Source of the DNA: a phage
Length of the DNA stretch: 64,000 nt
Strand: one strand, 5' to 3'
Sequence record: NC_100327.1
Both the position numbers and the translations under genes were made by a program. Below the pieces are notes generated by a model. It did not search any database. It had not been told where the DNA came from and saw only the letters and a list, made by a program, of their open reading frames with translations. Shown here in pieces: positions 63,474 through 64,000 of the stretch. Within the stretch, counting starts at the first letter, position 1; each line of letters starts with the position of its first letter.

Positions 63474-64000
63474 TCAGCCAGAAATATCTGAACAGGCCCA
63501 ATTCTACCACGATTTTGACCTGACCTACAGGAGTGCTGCCAGGCGGACGAAATGGGAATACTTCTCATTCTTATAACAATTCTCAAATATCAAGGCAGTG
63601 AGGCAAATTAATAGGCTAGGCCGTTCACACAGTGGCACAACATTTGCAACCTATCTTGTGGGAGTGAATGAGAATACCTATCATTGTGAGAATAGTTATC
63701 ATTACGGGCAATTTAACATAATACCCATTATGCGCACCACTGGCGATACATACAGGGATTGATAACATGGGTTACTGTTTACGCACATAACAATTATATT
63801 TCTTATTATTTGTGGGGGATATAGTTAGCAGCCAATAGATTAGATATTGACCTGCAGACTTCTGACCGTCCAGACGTCTAAACGCCCACACAACAAGGAT
63901 TATACATACAACACTGAATGTAAACAGGACCGCAAAAATGCTACCATACAAGCTTGTAAATTTTTCATGCAGCACTTGACAAAGAGGAGAAAAACTTGTC

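Overview
The window is a gene-dense segment of a virulent tailed-phage genome with a Gram-negative host signature (lambda-R-type lysozyme, Rz/Rz1-type spanins, sigma70 -35/-10 promoters). Positions 1-19600 carry a minus-strand late morphogenesis module: baseplate/tail proteins, tape measure, tail assembly chaperones, tail tube, tail sheath, neck proteins, major capsid, scaffold, portal, terminase large subunit and a spanin pair. The terminase gene appears to be broken into three coding segments by two intron-like insertions, each carrying an HNH-family homing endonuclease ORF. Positions 19617-20429 hold a minus-strand cluster of six canonical tRNAs (Pro, Met/CAT, Thr, Ser, Tyr, Arg) plus one aberrant tRNA-Lys-like element. 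A divergent junction at 23368-27220 encodes a metallophosphatase, a P-loop kinase, an RNA-ligase-like enzyme, a small receiver-like protein, a Sir2-family protein and a MazG-like protein. The plus-strand early region (24.4-62.6 kb) encodes ATP-dependent DNA ligase, endolysin, three DNA methyltransferases, FEN, two junction resolvases, dNMP kinase, HAD nucleotidase, ThyX, NrdAB, glutaredoxin, NrdDG, PhoH, a ClpP-like peptidase, an HPF/RaiA-like protein, and a tandem array of small acidic paralogs and membrane micro-peptides behind consensus promoters. The last 1.4 kb is repeat-rich non-coding DNA. No integrase or repressor was seen. All calls rest on motif recognition by eye; no database search was run.
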